Below, one piece after another: positions 9,406-18,342 of a DNA stretch of 64,000 bases. A program made the translations under genes and the position numbers. The notes beneath the pieces were generated by a model. It was not told the origin of the DNA. It made no database searches and saw only the letters and a program-made list of their open reading frames with translations. Location of the stretch: the NCBI GenBank assembly GCA_013154295.1, contig JAADCS010000139.1, positions 7,107-71,106 of the forward strand, written 5' to 3'. Origin of the DNA: Thermotogota bacterium. GTDB lineage: Bacteria > Hydrothermota > Hydrothermia > LBFQ01. Each line of letters starts with the position of its first letter. The first letter of the stretch is position 1.

Positions 9406-9422
9406 TTCTAAGGAGGTGATCC

Positions 9423-10436
9423 ATCCGAATACTCTCACTTAAAGTCCGTAACTTTCGTAACCTGCAGGGAACCTTTAGATTCAGCGAGGGGTTAAACTTA
9501 GTCCTGGGTCCTAACGGATCGGGAAAAACCAGCCTTTTGGAAGCTATAGCCTATCTATCGGTTCCCAGATCCTTCAGGGGTGTTAGGGATTACGCTTTAG
9601 TCAAATGGGGGGAAAGCTCCTTCTTCCTTGAGGGTAGGATCGTACGTCTTGGCAGCCCCACGACTCTCACCGCCTATGTGGAGATAGACATCAGGGGAAA
9701 CACCGTAAAAAAAGTTTTTAAGAGAGATGGTAAAACCCTTAAGACATACAGGGACGTTTTCAACACCTTCGTCGTCCTATCCTTCAGCTCCAGGGAGCAT
9801 GCCTTTATGGATGGACCTCCGGCCGAGAGACGCAAGTTCTTCGATTGGGCCCTGTCCCTTTTAGATGGGCGGTATTATATGCATTTGATTAAGTATAGGA
9901 AATTCTTAGCCGAGAAAAAAGCCGCTTTACGCTCCGGGGTGGATCCCACACCCATAAACCGGGCCATGCTGCCCCATGTGGAGTATATCGTTTCGAGACG
10001 TAGAGAGTTCGTTGAACGTATAAACTTGGGTGTAAGGTACAGTTTCGTACCTTACACCTTTGCTATGAGGTATAGACCGAGTGTGGAACGTGCGGAGGAC
10101 CTACCTAAACTGGGGAAGAGAGAATTGGAGGTGGGTATTCCTCTCTTCGGTCCCCACAGGGACAGGTACGACATCCTCCTTGAGGGCAAACCGGTCAGGT
10201 TCTTCGCCTCGGAGGGGCAGAAGAGACGAATACATCTGGGTATAGTTCTGTTTGTGCGTGATCTCTTGGAGGAGAAGTTGGAAGATCCTCCGGTCATGGT
10301 TTTAGATGAACCGCTGGTTTATCTGGACCGGGAGGGAAGTGAAGGGGTTTTAAATAGCCTTAAAGGACAGGTCTTTCTCTCCTCAACCCATCGTCCCAAG
10401 GTTGAAGTGCCCTGGAATGAGATAGACCTGACCTAA
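9423..10436 (+). CDS. recF: DNA replication/repair protein RecF (start codon non-canonical, see findings)
   Basis: The frame upstream of the ORF-track start (TTG 9537) encodes SIRILSLKVRNFRNL...LVLGPNGSGKTSLLEAI, i.e. the RecF N-terminus and Walker A. Signature FFASEGQKRRIHL and Walker B VMVLDEPLVYLD lie downstream. An in-frame TGA sits at 9417-9419. AGGAGG at 9411-9416 is followed by ATC at 9423. Confidence 0.75.
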   Translation: MRILSLKVRNFRNLQGTFRFSEGLNLVLGPNGSGKTSLLEAIAYLSVPRSFRGVRDYALVKWGESSFFLEGRIVRLGSPTTLTAYVEIDIRGNTVKKVFKRDGKTLKTYRDVFNTFVVLSFSSREHAFMDGPPAERRKFFDWALSLLDGRYYMHLIKYRKFLAEKKAALRSGVDPTPINRAMLPHVEYIVSRRREFVERINLGVRYSFVPYTFAMRYRPSVERAEDLPKLGKRELEVGIPLFGPHRDRYDILLEGKPVRFFASEGQKRRIHLGIVLFVRDLLEEKLEDPPVMVLDEPLVYLDREGSEGVLNSLKGQVFLSSTHRPKVEVPWNEIDLT

Positions 10437-12085
10437 GGGCAGGATTTACCCTTGCATACCACTCCTTTGGTTGGGAAGGAGGACCTAAGACTCAAAGTGT
10501 CTACAGCCGGGTTGCTGAAACCCAATCCCTTACCCTTTAGATGGACCTGCAGTCGTCCATCCTTGTCCCAGAATATACCTACCCCCTGGGCGTTGCCACT
10601 ACCTAAACACAGGTTGTTGCACGTATAGGTATCGTTCCCGACACCATCCACCAGGAGGCCATAGGAAAAATCGTGCCCAACGCCTTGGGATGTAGAGCGA
10701 GCCGAAAAGTACGCATCGTCCCCATCCTCGTCAAAGAGAACACCTAAGGCGAAATGGGCAGCGGAGCCTTGAACGTACCAGACTCCCGAATAGGCATCGT
10801 TACCCTGACCGTCGTATAAAACGCCACTTCCCCACCAGTATCCGACCCCTTGAGCGAATACACCTGCGTAATAACGATCGTTGCCGGATAGATCCGTCAG
10901 TATCCCTATACCTCCGGCCAAAGAGTGACCGTCGTAGAAATCTCTCCTCTCACCGTATCCCATCCCTTGGCCTAAGTTGGCGTTATGTTTGGGATCCTGG
11001 GGTGAGGGAAACAAGATAAGAGAATCTTCAAGGGTGTAGGTATCGTCCCCCGAAAGGTCAGCCAATATTCCCACACCTTTTACCCAGCCGAAGCCTTGCG
11101 CCTTCTGATAGGCGTAGTAGGTATCGTTTCCGGATACATCTATCAAGAGACCACCACCGTTGTAGCCAGCCCCCAAAGCGAACACTTTGGTCCTGTAAGT
11201 ATCGTTTCCCGCCAGATCGAACAGCGCTCCGAAACCGGAAAAGCCGGCCCCCATACCCTTACCCTCGTACAGGTCATCTCCCTCTACATCCACAAAAACT
11301 GACACGGAGAACCTACCGAAACCCACGGATCCGGTGTAGGTGTCGTTTCCGGAGAGGTCTACCCCCAAAGCTACGTCCCCGTAGGTATCATCCCCTCCCG
11401 CATCCACCACTATCAGGGCATCGGGAAAGCTGTCATTCTCCGGTCCTCCAAAGGCGATCACACCCCAAGGTGTACTCACTCTCAAACTCTTAAGATCTCC
11501 CCCCTCCTTCCGCAAGGCCGACTTTAAAGAATCAACGAGCAGACACATAACTTGAAATGCATAGGCTTCCCGATTCACATCTTTTAAGGCTATCGCTTCG
11601 TATTCCTTCTTTTCTTTGATGGAGAGACTGTCCCACATGTAAGCGGTGGGGTCTTTTACCTTTTTGGATACCAAGGGGAGATAGAGTTTGAGGAGAGCAG
11701 TGATTATACGGTTTATACGTCGGGGAACGTATTTTGGTATCGCTTGAAGGGTTTCCCTTTGGGTTGGCGTCAAACGTTTGGCGTTATCAAAGATGAACTT
11801 ACCCAGGGGATTTTCACCAGTTATACCCAGGACTTCCTGCCTGTAGATGTCTCCTAAAAGACCGGCTTTTACATTGTAGCCCGCCAGTTTGGTTATGAGG
11901 GCGCAGGCAGGCATCAGCTTAAGTGTATCCCCCTGGAGATACCATCTTTTCCCAATCTTTCTGGCCGTTACCATGGCAAAGTTGGGATTGGAAAAGAACA
12001 TTTCCCCTATTGGAAGGGGAGAGTGGGGACCAGCCCAAAACTTGAGGGCCATTCCCGATATTAAAAAGAGTGTGGAGTCTATCAT
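10433..12085 (-). CDS. uncharacterised repeat protein (10-11 x D-x-x-G-[ND]-D-x-Y units), paralog B
   Basis: A ~230-aa helical N-domain is followed by DAGGDDTY, DLSGNDTY, DVEGDDLY, DLAGNDTY, DVSGNDTY, DLSGDDTY, DLSGNDRY, DGQGNDAY, DEDGDDAY, DGVGNDTY. It is colinear with 7103..8734, including the long linker after the sixth repeat. Confidence 0.7.
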   Translation of the reverse strand: MIDSTLFLISGMALKFWAGPHSPLPIGEMFFSNPNFAMVTARKIGKRWYLQGDTLKLMPACALITKLAGYNVKAGLLGDIYRQEVLGITGENPLGKFIFDNAKRLTPTQRETLQAIPKYVPRRINRIITALLKLYLPLVSKKVKDPTAYMWDSLSIKEKKEYEAIALKDVNREAYAFQVMCLLVDSLKSALRKEGGDLKSLRVSTPWGVIAFGGPENDSFPDALIVVDAGGDDTYGDVALGVDLSGNDTYTGSVGFGRFSVSVFVDVEGDDLYEGKGMGAGFSGFGALFDLAGNDTYRTKVFALGAGYNGGGLLIDVSGNDTYYAYQKAQGFGWVKGVGILADLSGDDTYTLEDSLILFPSPQDPKHNANLGQGMGYGERRDFYDGHSLAGGIGILTDLSGNDRYYAGVFAQGVGYWWGSGVLYDGQGNDAYSGVWYVQGSAAHFALGVLFDEDGDDAYFSARSTSQGVGHDFSYGLLVDGVGNDTYTCNNLCLGSGNAQGVGIFWDKDGRLQVHLKGKGLGFSNPAVDTLSLRSSFPTKGVVCKGKSCP

Positions 12086-12109
12086 AGACGTAAATTTTAC
12101 CCCCGCTTT

Positions 12110-12619
12110 CTAACAGGTACGGCAGCTTCCTTTAGATTTCTCCTTACGACACCCCTTTTCGTCGCATACATACCCCGGAGGTGGCCTAAGAGCCACGTCC
12201 TTGACTTTAAGGACATAGCGAACGGTCTCGCCGGCTAAGGGGTGGTTGAAATCTACCACAACCGTTTTCTCCCTGACCTCCAGGATAGAAAGGGCCACAG
12301 GTTCATCGCTCTGGGGATCACGCATGTATAGGACTTTACCCGGCACGAGATTCAGATCCCCGAACTCCTCTTTGGGAAGCTCTTTAACCAGCTCCTCTCT
12401 GAAGGGGCCGAATCCTTCCTCCGGAGTCAGAACTACCTCTACACTATCTCCCACACGTTTCCCTTCCAGGGCCGTTTCTAACTTCGGGTGGATGTGGCCA
12501 AAGCCGTGCCTATAGACGAAAATACCCCTGTCTATCGGCCCCTCCCCTTCTATGTGGAGTTCGTACTCGACGCTTACGTACCGGGTGGGATATACGACTT
12601 CAGGATTGGTGGGAGGCAT
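12110..12619 (-). CDS. slyD: FKBP-type peptidyl-prolyl cis-trans isomerase, SlyD-like, with Cys-rich tail
   Basis: VSVEYELHIEGEGPID...YRHGFGHIHPKLETALEGKRVGD...FNHPLAGETVRY is the SlyD/FKBP core with an IF insert. The C-terminus is CDEKGCRKEKSKGSCRTC. ATG 12619 is chosen over the ORF-track 12655 to limit overlap with lon. Confidence 0.75.
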   Translation of the reverse strand: MPPTNPEVVYPTRYVSVEYELHIEGEGPIDRGIFVYRHGFGHIHPKLETALEGKRVGDSVEVVLTPEEGFGPFREELVKELPKEEFGDLNLVPGKVLYMRDPQSDEPVALSILEVREKTVVVDFNHPLAGETVRYVLKVKDVALRPPPGYVCDEKGCRKEKSKGSCRTC

Positions 12620-14957
12620 GTTCCTGGCCGAAGATCTCCCTAAGGGCGTCCTCAACGGTGTTTATAAACACGAACTGGAGACGATTCTTGATGTGCTTGG
12701 GAACATCCTCCAGATCCTTAGAGTTCCACTCTGGAAGTAACACCTTTCTTATGCCGGCCCTGTCAGCTGCCAACACCTTTTCCTTTATACCTCCGACGGG
12801 AAGGACCTTACCCCTTAGAGTTATCTCCCCGGTCATAGCGACGTCGGGAGGAACCTTCAGATCCAAAGCCAGCGAGTAGAGAGCTACGAACATGGTTATA
12901 CCAGCCGAGGGACCATCCTTAGGTATAGCTCCAGACGGAACGTGTAGGTGTATAAAACCCTTGTCCCAGAAGTCCGGAGTCACCCCCTTCTCGTAGGAAA
13001 ACTTGCGGGCCAGAGTAAGGGCAGCCTCGGCCGATTCCCGCATCACCTCACCCAACTTACCTGTTAGTTTGAAACCCTTGTCTCCTGGAACCCTTAAGGC
13101 CTCCACGAAGAGTATTGATCCACCGGTCGGTGTCCAGGCCAGACCCGTCACCACGCCTACCTTGGCCTCCCTCTCGGCCAACTCCGGATAGTACTCCGGC
13201 GGCCCCAAGAAATCGGGTATCCTCTTGGGAGTTATCCTCATCCGGCCGCACTTGAGTTTGCCCTCCTCTATCTGCAGGGCTATACGGCGAAGTATCCGGT
13301 TTATCTTGCGCATCAGCTCGCGCACACCGGCTTCGCGGGTGTATTCCTCAACTATCCGGGCTATAGCCTCGGTTGTGAAACTGATCTTACACTCCTTCAG
13401 ACCTGTGGCCTCTTTCTCCTTAGGTATCAAGAATTCCTTGGCTATGTGTATCTTCTCCTCAAGTGTATAGCCGGGTATCTCTATTACCTCCATACGGTCC
13501 AAAAGCGGAGGAGGAATGGTCAAGGTAGTGTTCGCCGTAGTTATGAAGAAGACCTTGGACAGGTCAAAGGGTAGGTCAAGGTAGTGGTCCTTGAAGGAGT
13601 GATTCTGCTCCGGGTCAAGGACCTCAAGAAGGGCGGAGGCCGGATCCCCGCGCCAATCCGTCCCCAACTTGTCTATCTCATCCAACATCATGACGGGATT
13701 ATTAACTCCCACATCTCTAAGGGCCGAGATTATCTTGCCCGGCAATGCACCGACGTAGGTGCGCCTGTGTCCCCTTATCTCGGCCTCATCCCTGACCCCT
13801 CCCAGGCTTATGCGTATGAACTTTTTGTTTAGGGCACGGGCTATGGACTTACCCAACGAGGTTTTACCCACACCCGGAGGCCCTACAAAACAGAGGATAG
13901 GAGCCTTGCCCTTGGGGTTGCGCTTACGGATGGCTATGTACTCCAGTATACGTTCCTTGACTCTCTCCAGATCGTAGTGATCCTCATCCAATACCCGGCG
14001 AGCGTTGGCCAGGTCCATATTGTCCTCGCTGCTTTCCAACCAGGGAAGTTCTAAGATCCACTCTATATAGGTACGGATCACGTGGTACTCCGGTGAAGCG
14101 GAGGGAACTCTTTGTAGTCTCTTCAGTTCCCTCTCGGCGACTTTACGTACCTCCTCTGGCAAGGGTTTCTTCCTTAGTCGTTCCTCCAGCTCGGCTATCT
14201 CGGATTGTTCGTCGGCTATGCCCAGCTCTTTCTGAATGGCCTTGAGTTGTTCTCTCAGGTAGTACTCCCTCTGGGCCTTTTCCATCTCCCTTTGGACTTC
14301 CCTCTGGATGCTCTGAGCAACCTCGGCTATCTCTATCTCACGGGTTATATACGTCAGAACTTTCTGTAGGCGTTCCTTCACGTCTATGGTGGCCAAGACT
14401 TCATACCTCTCTTCGGGTTTCATGTTTTGGATTAGGGAAGCGAGAAGGTCGGCTAAAGCTCCGGGCGTAGGGGCGTTCGTTAGGGCGTTTATCACCTCTG
14501 GAGGCAACTTGCCATATTCGGATAAACGGCGAGCAGCGTTTAGAACGCTCTCACGAAGCGGCCGGATTTCCCTTTCGTCGTACTCCGGTTCCTCTATAAC
14601 TTCAACTCTCCCCTTAAGATAGGGCTCACTCTGAAGTATCTCCAGAAGCCTTATCCTTTTAACGCCATTAAGAAGAACCCTTATGTTTCCGTCGGGAAGA
14701 CGATTCATACGCACGATGATGGTAGCGGTACCAATAGGATAAAGATCCTCGTAAGAGATAGCCTCCTTTTCGGGATCCTTCTGCATAAAGGTAGCTATTA
14801 TCTTGGGCTCTACCGGCGTGGCTAAGATGTCGTTTATAAGGCGTTTGGACCTTTCAACGCCGACCAAAACCGGCGCCGTGGAAAGGGGAAAGATAACCCC
14901 TCCCTTTATCGGTAAAATTGCAATTTCTTCAGGTATTTCTACGGAAGGTATCTGCAT
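12600..14957 (-). CDS. lon: ATP-dependent Lon protease (LonA)
   Basis: 785 aa with an N-terminal LON domain. Walker [10 protein letters not shown], Walker B MMLDEIDK, and protease site [11 protein letters not shown]...K. Confidence 0.95.
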   Translation of the reverse strand: MQIPSVEIPEEIAILPIKGGVIFPLSTAPVLVGVERSKRLINDILATPVEPKIIATFMQKDPEKEAISYEDLYPIGTATIIVRMNRLPDGNIRVLLNGVKRIRLLEILQSEPYLKGRVEVIEEPEYDEREIRPLRESVLNAARRLSEYGKLPPEVINALTNAPTPGALADLLASLIQNMKPEERYEVLATIDVKERLQKVLTYITREIEIAEVAQSIQREVQREMEKAQREYYLREQLKAIQKELGIADEQSEIAELEERLRKKPLPEEVRKVAERELKRLQRVPSASPEYHVIRTYIEWILELPWLESSEDNMDLANARRVLDEDHYDLERVKERILEYIAIRKRNPKGKAPILCFVGPPGVGKTSLGKSIARALNKKFIRISLGGVRDEAEIRGHRRTYVGALPGKIISALRDVGVNNPVMMLDEIDKLGTDWRGDPASALLEVLDPEQNHSFKDHYLDLPFDLSKVFFITTANTTLTIPPPLLDRMEVIEIPGYTLEEKIHIAKEFLIPKEKEATGLKECKISFTTEAIARIVEEYTREAGVRELMRKINRILRRIALQIEEGKLKCGRMRITPKRIPDFLGPPEYYPELAEREAKVGVVTGLAWTPTGGSILFVEALRVPGDKGFKLTGKLGEVMRESAEAALTLARKFSYEKGVTPDFWDKGFIHLHVPSGAIPKDGPSAGITMFVALYSLALDLKVPPDVAMTGEITLRGKVLPVGGIKEKVLAADRAGIRKVLLPEWNSKDLEDVPKHIKNRLQFVFINTVEDALREIFGQEHASHQS

Positions 14958-14960
14958 AGT

Positions 14961-15347
14961 TCAATCCACTTTTATCTCTATCTTTCGTTTCTTTTTGGGT
15001 ACCCTGACCTCCAAAAGGCCGTTCTCGTATTTACTGGTTATACCCTCAACGTTTATCTCGGCGTCCACCCTTATTCGCCTTTCAAAGGGGCCGAAATATA
15101 TCTCGGCGATGTGATACACCCTATCCTCCGGTCCTTCCGGTTCGGGACGATAACCCTTTATTACCAGCACCCCACTGTCATACACCACTTTGAGAGAGGA
15201 TCTGTCGGCCCCCCCTACGGCCAAGTATATCACGAACTCATCATCCGTCTCGTAGGCGCTTATGGGAGGACGATACACTCGGTACGAACCACCGCTGGTT
15301 AGACTTCCCACCAGCTCCTCAAACTCTTCAAAGGGATCACGGAACAT
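14961..15347 (-). CDS. Hsp20/alpha-crystallin small heat-shock protein
   Basis: 128 aa with an ACD core (YETDDEFVIYLAVGG...ITSKYENGLLEVRVPKK). Confidence 0.9.
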   Translation of the reverse strand: MFRDPFEEFEELVGSLTSGGSYRVYRPPISAYETDDEFVIYLAVGGADRSSLKVVYDSGVLVIKGYRPEPEGPEDRVYHIAEIYFGPFERRIRVDAEINVEGITSKYENGLLEVRVPKKKRKIEIKVD

Positions 15348-15348
15348 G

Positions 15349-15555
15349 TCACTTGAGGCCGAAAGCGATCAGTACCTTCAGAGCGTCCCCCTTCTTCAGA
15401 TAGGCCGGTTTGCGGAGTCTCCTCTTGCGGCTCTTACTCTTCTTGGGACCCAAGTTGTGTCTACGACCACTACGAGCGTGTTTCACCTTGCCCGTCGCGG
15501 TCAGTTTGAACCTTTTAGCAAAAGCGCGCTTGGTTTTAACCTTTCCCATAGGCAA
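15349..15555 (-). CDS. rpmI: 50S ribosomal protein L35
   Basis: 68 aa and highly basic. MPMGKVKTKRAFAKRFKLTATGKVKHARSGRRHNL is the L35 pattern. Confidence 0.9.
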   Translation of the reverse strand: MPMGKVKTKRAFAKRFKLTATGKVKHARSGRRHNLGPKKSKSRKRRLRKPAYLKKGDALKVLIAFGLK

Positions 15556-15560
15556 TTATT

Positions 15561-16712
15561 CTAACGGAGAAACTCCCTTTGTAGGATGAAACAGAACTTT
15601 TGCCAGGCATCCACGGCGGGTAATACTAGATCCAGGGCCGTATTTCTCGCCTGGACCGATAGATGCTGTAGAGTCTCCATGTCCTTCCAAAGCCTCTCAA
15701 CTGCCCTTTTAAGCTCGTGGTAATCCCTAACCACGACACCCCCACGATGAACTAGGCCATAGTCCCCTTCAAGGGAGAGAACGGGAACACCCCTCAGCAT
15801 GGCCTCTAACACGACGTTGGGGATACCTTCAAAACGAGGTTTGCTGGTTATGACTAGTATAGAGGCTCTATCCATAAGATCCATAAGTTCCCTACGGTTC
15901 AACCTTGGAAAGCTTCGGAGGTTATCGGAAGGATCCTCTGGTTGCACTCCTACCATAACGAAAGGTATGTGGGGAAGATCTTTGGCCAATCGCACAAAGA
16001 TTTCGGGTCTCTTGGCAGCTTTGGAACCGGCGGAGATCCACATGACGAACTCACCCTCGTTAAATGATGGGATTGTTGGTACATCCTGAAGGTTTGGCAG
16101 AACGAACACCCGCTTTTGGGGGAATTTAAACTTTACGGCCTTCAACTGTAGGTGGTTCTGTACGAGTATTATGTCAGCCAGCCTCATCCCTAGTGAGGAC
16201 AATAAATCAAGTGCGACAAACAAAGGGGTTAATAGTGTTTTTTCAAATAAATTTCTGTAAGACCCCCATAGATTATACAAGTATTTGAAATTTTTGTACC
16301 CATCTTGCGCATTTATTCCCCAGACGAGCCGACTGCCACGTAGAATCTTGATGAGGGCACCGACCCCCAGATGATAGCTTCTTCCCCTGGCGTAGATCAC
16401 ATTTGGCCGAAGCATGAATGCCCGTATCAAAACTTTTAAGAACCTCGCGACCTCCCATCGGGAGTAGGGGATGAAATGTACCCTAAGACCCCCGTCAAAG
16501 CATTCCGACACCGGGATCAATCTGGAGTTCCAGGGATCCTCTTCTGACTCTAGACGAAACGTTCCCACCTTGTCACCCACAGAGAAGGTTAAGAGGCAGA
16601 CCGGTAAGTATTGGGAACATAGGGAAGCCGAAAAAAAAACTTGGAGGTGGGACCCCGTGAAAGGGGCCCCATCCTCCGGCGGATAGAACTCCGAGAGAAA
16701 TAGGAGTCTCAC
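15561..16712 (-). CDS. glycosyltransferase (GT-B fold, GT4/GT1-like)
   Basis: C-terminal EGIPNVVLEAMLRGVPVLS (E-x7-E motif region). The N-terminal half resembles a GT4 acceptor domain. Confidence 0.7.
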   Translation of the reverse strand: MRLLFLSEFYPPEDGAPFTGSHLQVFFSASLCSQYLPVCLLTFSVGDKVGTFRLESEEDPWNSRLIPVSECFDGGLRVHFIPYSRWEVARFLKVLIRAFMLRPNVIYARGRSYHLGVGALIKILRGSRLVWGINAQDGYKNFKYLYNLWGSYRNLFEKTLLTPLFVALDLLSSLGMRLADIILVQNHLQLKAVKFKFPQKRVFVLPNLQDVPTIPSFNEGEFVMWISAGSKAAKRPEIFVRLAKDLPHIPFVMVGVQPEDPSDNLRSFPRLNRRELMDLMDRASILVITSKPRFEGIPNVVLEAMLRGVPVLSLEGDYGLVHRGGVVVRDYHELKRAVERLWKDMETLQHLSVQARNTALDLVLPAVDAWQKFCFILQREFLR

Positions 16713-17386
16713 GCGCGCTTGCGCTTGTGGAGGGCTTTCTTGAATTTCCGGAGTGTGGCCACCGGATCCTTGGCTTCGGTTATTTCACGGCCCACGACCA
16801 CTATATCGTCCTCGGCTAACCAACGGAGTCGCTCTGGAGGAACCACACGGGCATGGTCGTCAACGCCCCTCTTCATACGTACGCCGGGTACTACCAGATT
16901 GAGCATTTTGAAGTACTTGCGGACGGCGCGGGCTTCCAGGCCACTGACCACGACACCCCACGCTCCCGAATCCACCGCTGTGCGACTCAACTGGATGACC
17001 AGTTTGCGGGGAGTCTTGCGGAAGATCTCCCGCGCCTCCTCGTCGGAAAGACTCGTTAGCAACGTGACAGCTACCATGCGTATATCGGGCCGAAGTTCTA
17101 CTACCTTCTCCATCATGCGACGGCCTCCGGTGGCATGCACGGTCAGATAGGAGACCGAAGGGAGATCCTGGACCGTTTGGGCGACAACGGAAGGTATATC
17201 ATGGAGTTTTAGGTCCAAGAAGACCTTAACGCCGTCCTTTATGAGGGCCTCCACGTTTTCATGACCCGACCTAGTGTAAAGAGGCAGACCCACTTTAAAA
17301 AGATCCGCCTCGCCTCTTAGCTTATCCACTATGCGCTTTGCCTCCTTCCAGGAGTTGGTGTTAAGCGCTACGCATATCTTTGCCAT
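16709..17386 (-). CDS. pyrF: orotidine 5'-phosphate decarboxylase
   Basis: ICVALN...FKVGLPLY...VFLDLKLHDIPSVV (DLKxHDIP signature)...LTVHATGG. Confidence 0.9.
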   Translation of the reverse strand: MAKICVALNTNSWKEAKRIVDKLRGEADLFKVGLPLYTRSGHENVEALIKDGVKVFLDLKLHDIPSVVAQTVQDLPSVSYLTVHATGGRRMMEKVVELRPDIRMVAVTLLTSLSDEEAREIFRKTPRKLVIQLSRTAVDSGAWGVVVSGLEARAVRKYFKMLNLVVPGVRMKRGVDDHARVVPPERLRWLAEDDIVVVGREITEAKDPVATLRKFKKALHKRKRA

Positions 17387-18233
17387 ATTCGTATAACCTC
17401 CCTTTTGTTGGTTTCAAAGTGGTTAAAACCGTCTTTAGATAACGTTCATCCTTCAAAAGGACACTATCACCTCTAGCCACCGAAACACCCAATATCAAAC
17501 CTCTGTAACCGACAGCGGACACCATTATACCTCCCACATCCGAGAGTATCATGTGCCATATAGTGTCAGGACTTCTCTTTAGGCGTTCAACTTCCTTTTC
17601 GGCCGTCCTATAGTCTATATCCATCGCCTTCCCAAAGAGGGGAGTAGCCACCGCCAGACCTACCATGTGATCGGAAACCACGGACCTGGTCCGTCTTTCG
17701 GGAAAATCCAAAAAGTTTATCCTGCGTACGCCTTTTGATGTTATCTCAAAAGAATAAAGCTCTTTACCGGCTATTATTATAGATGCCCATTTATTTCCAA
17801 CTTGTAGAAACATGGTCTTTCCTTCGAAACCTTTCTCTTTAAGCTCTTTTACCTCATCCGGTGAAAGATCCTTAGATTTACCAACACGTATTCGTATGAG
17901 GTTTTCCGCATCCTGAAGATTTAGACCGTGTATAGACGGCAGGATCTCTTCCATCTCTAAGTTTATGAGCTTACGCATGGCTTCAAGGCGAGGCATATGG
18001 GTCCCAACCAAGCCATCATCGTTGAGCTTCTGAATTATAGCCTTTTTCCACCTGAAGATTCTACGAAGGTTCTCCAAGGATGTCCCCCATGTACTATCGA
18101 AACCCACTATATCCCCATCTTTTAAAGCGATTTTCACAACACCAAAGGCATCCGGCCCCCCCGCCGGCACGAATTGAAACTTCCCACTTTCCCTTCTCTT
18201 AATGGCTATATACAACACTACTGCCGGATGCAT
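17361..18233 (-). CDS. hypothetical protein
   Basis: 290-aa ORF heading a tightly packed minus-strand operon. TATAAT lies 11 nt upstream of the ATG. No motif recognised. Confidence 0.6.
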   Translation of the reverse strand: MHPAVVLYIAIKRRESGKFQFVPAGGPDAFGVVKIALKDGDIVGFDSTWGTSLENLRRIFRWKKAIIQKLNDDGLVGTHMPRLEAMRKLINLEMEEILPSIHGLNLQDAENLIRIRVGKSKDLSPDEVKELKEKGFEGKTMFLQVGNKWASIIIAGKELYSFEITSKGVRRINFLDFPERRTRSVVSDHMVGLAVATPLFGKAMDIDYRTAEKEVERLKRSPDTIWHMILSDVGGIMVSAVGYRGLILGVSVARGDSVLLKDERYLKTVLTTLKPTKGRLYEYGKDMRSA

Positions 18234-18244
18234 TTAAGCCATCT

Positions 18245-18250
18245 ATTATA
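18245..18250 (-). promoter_or_regulatory. -10 box TATAAT, 11 nt upstream of ATG 18233
   Basis: Consensus hexamer in an AT-rich 109-nt spacer at the head of the long minus-strand operon. Confidence 0.5.
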
Positions 18251-18342
18251 TACCCGATTAACGTTTGTTTAGGTCTCTATAAGAAAGCTTTCTAATATTA
18301 CAACTTGGACCGATACGTGATTGAAAATTTCCCAAAGAACAA

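Noticed and set aside
9375-9422. Replication origin near recF
   Set aside because: No dnaA or dnaN is adjacent, no cluster of TTATCCACA-like boxes was seen, and there is no AT-rich unwinding element. The spacer is only 48 nt.
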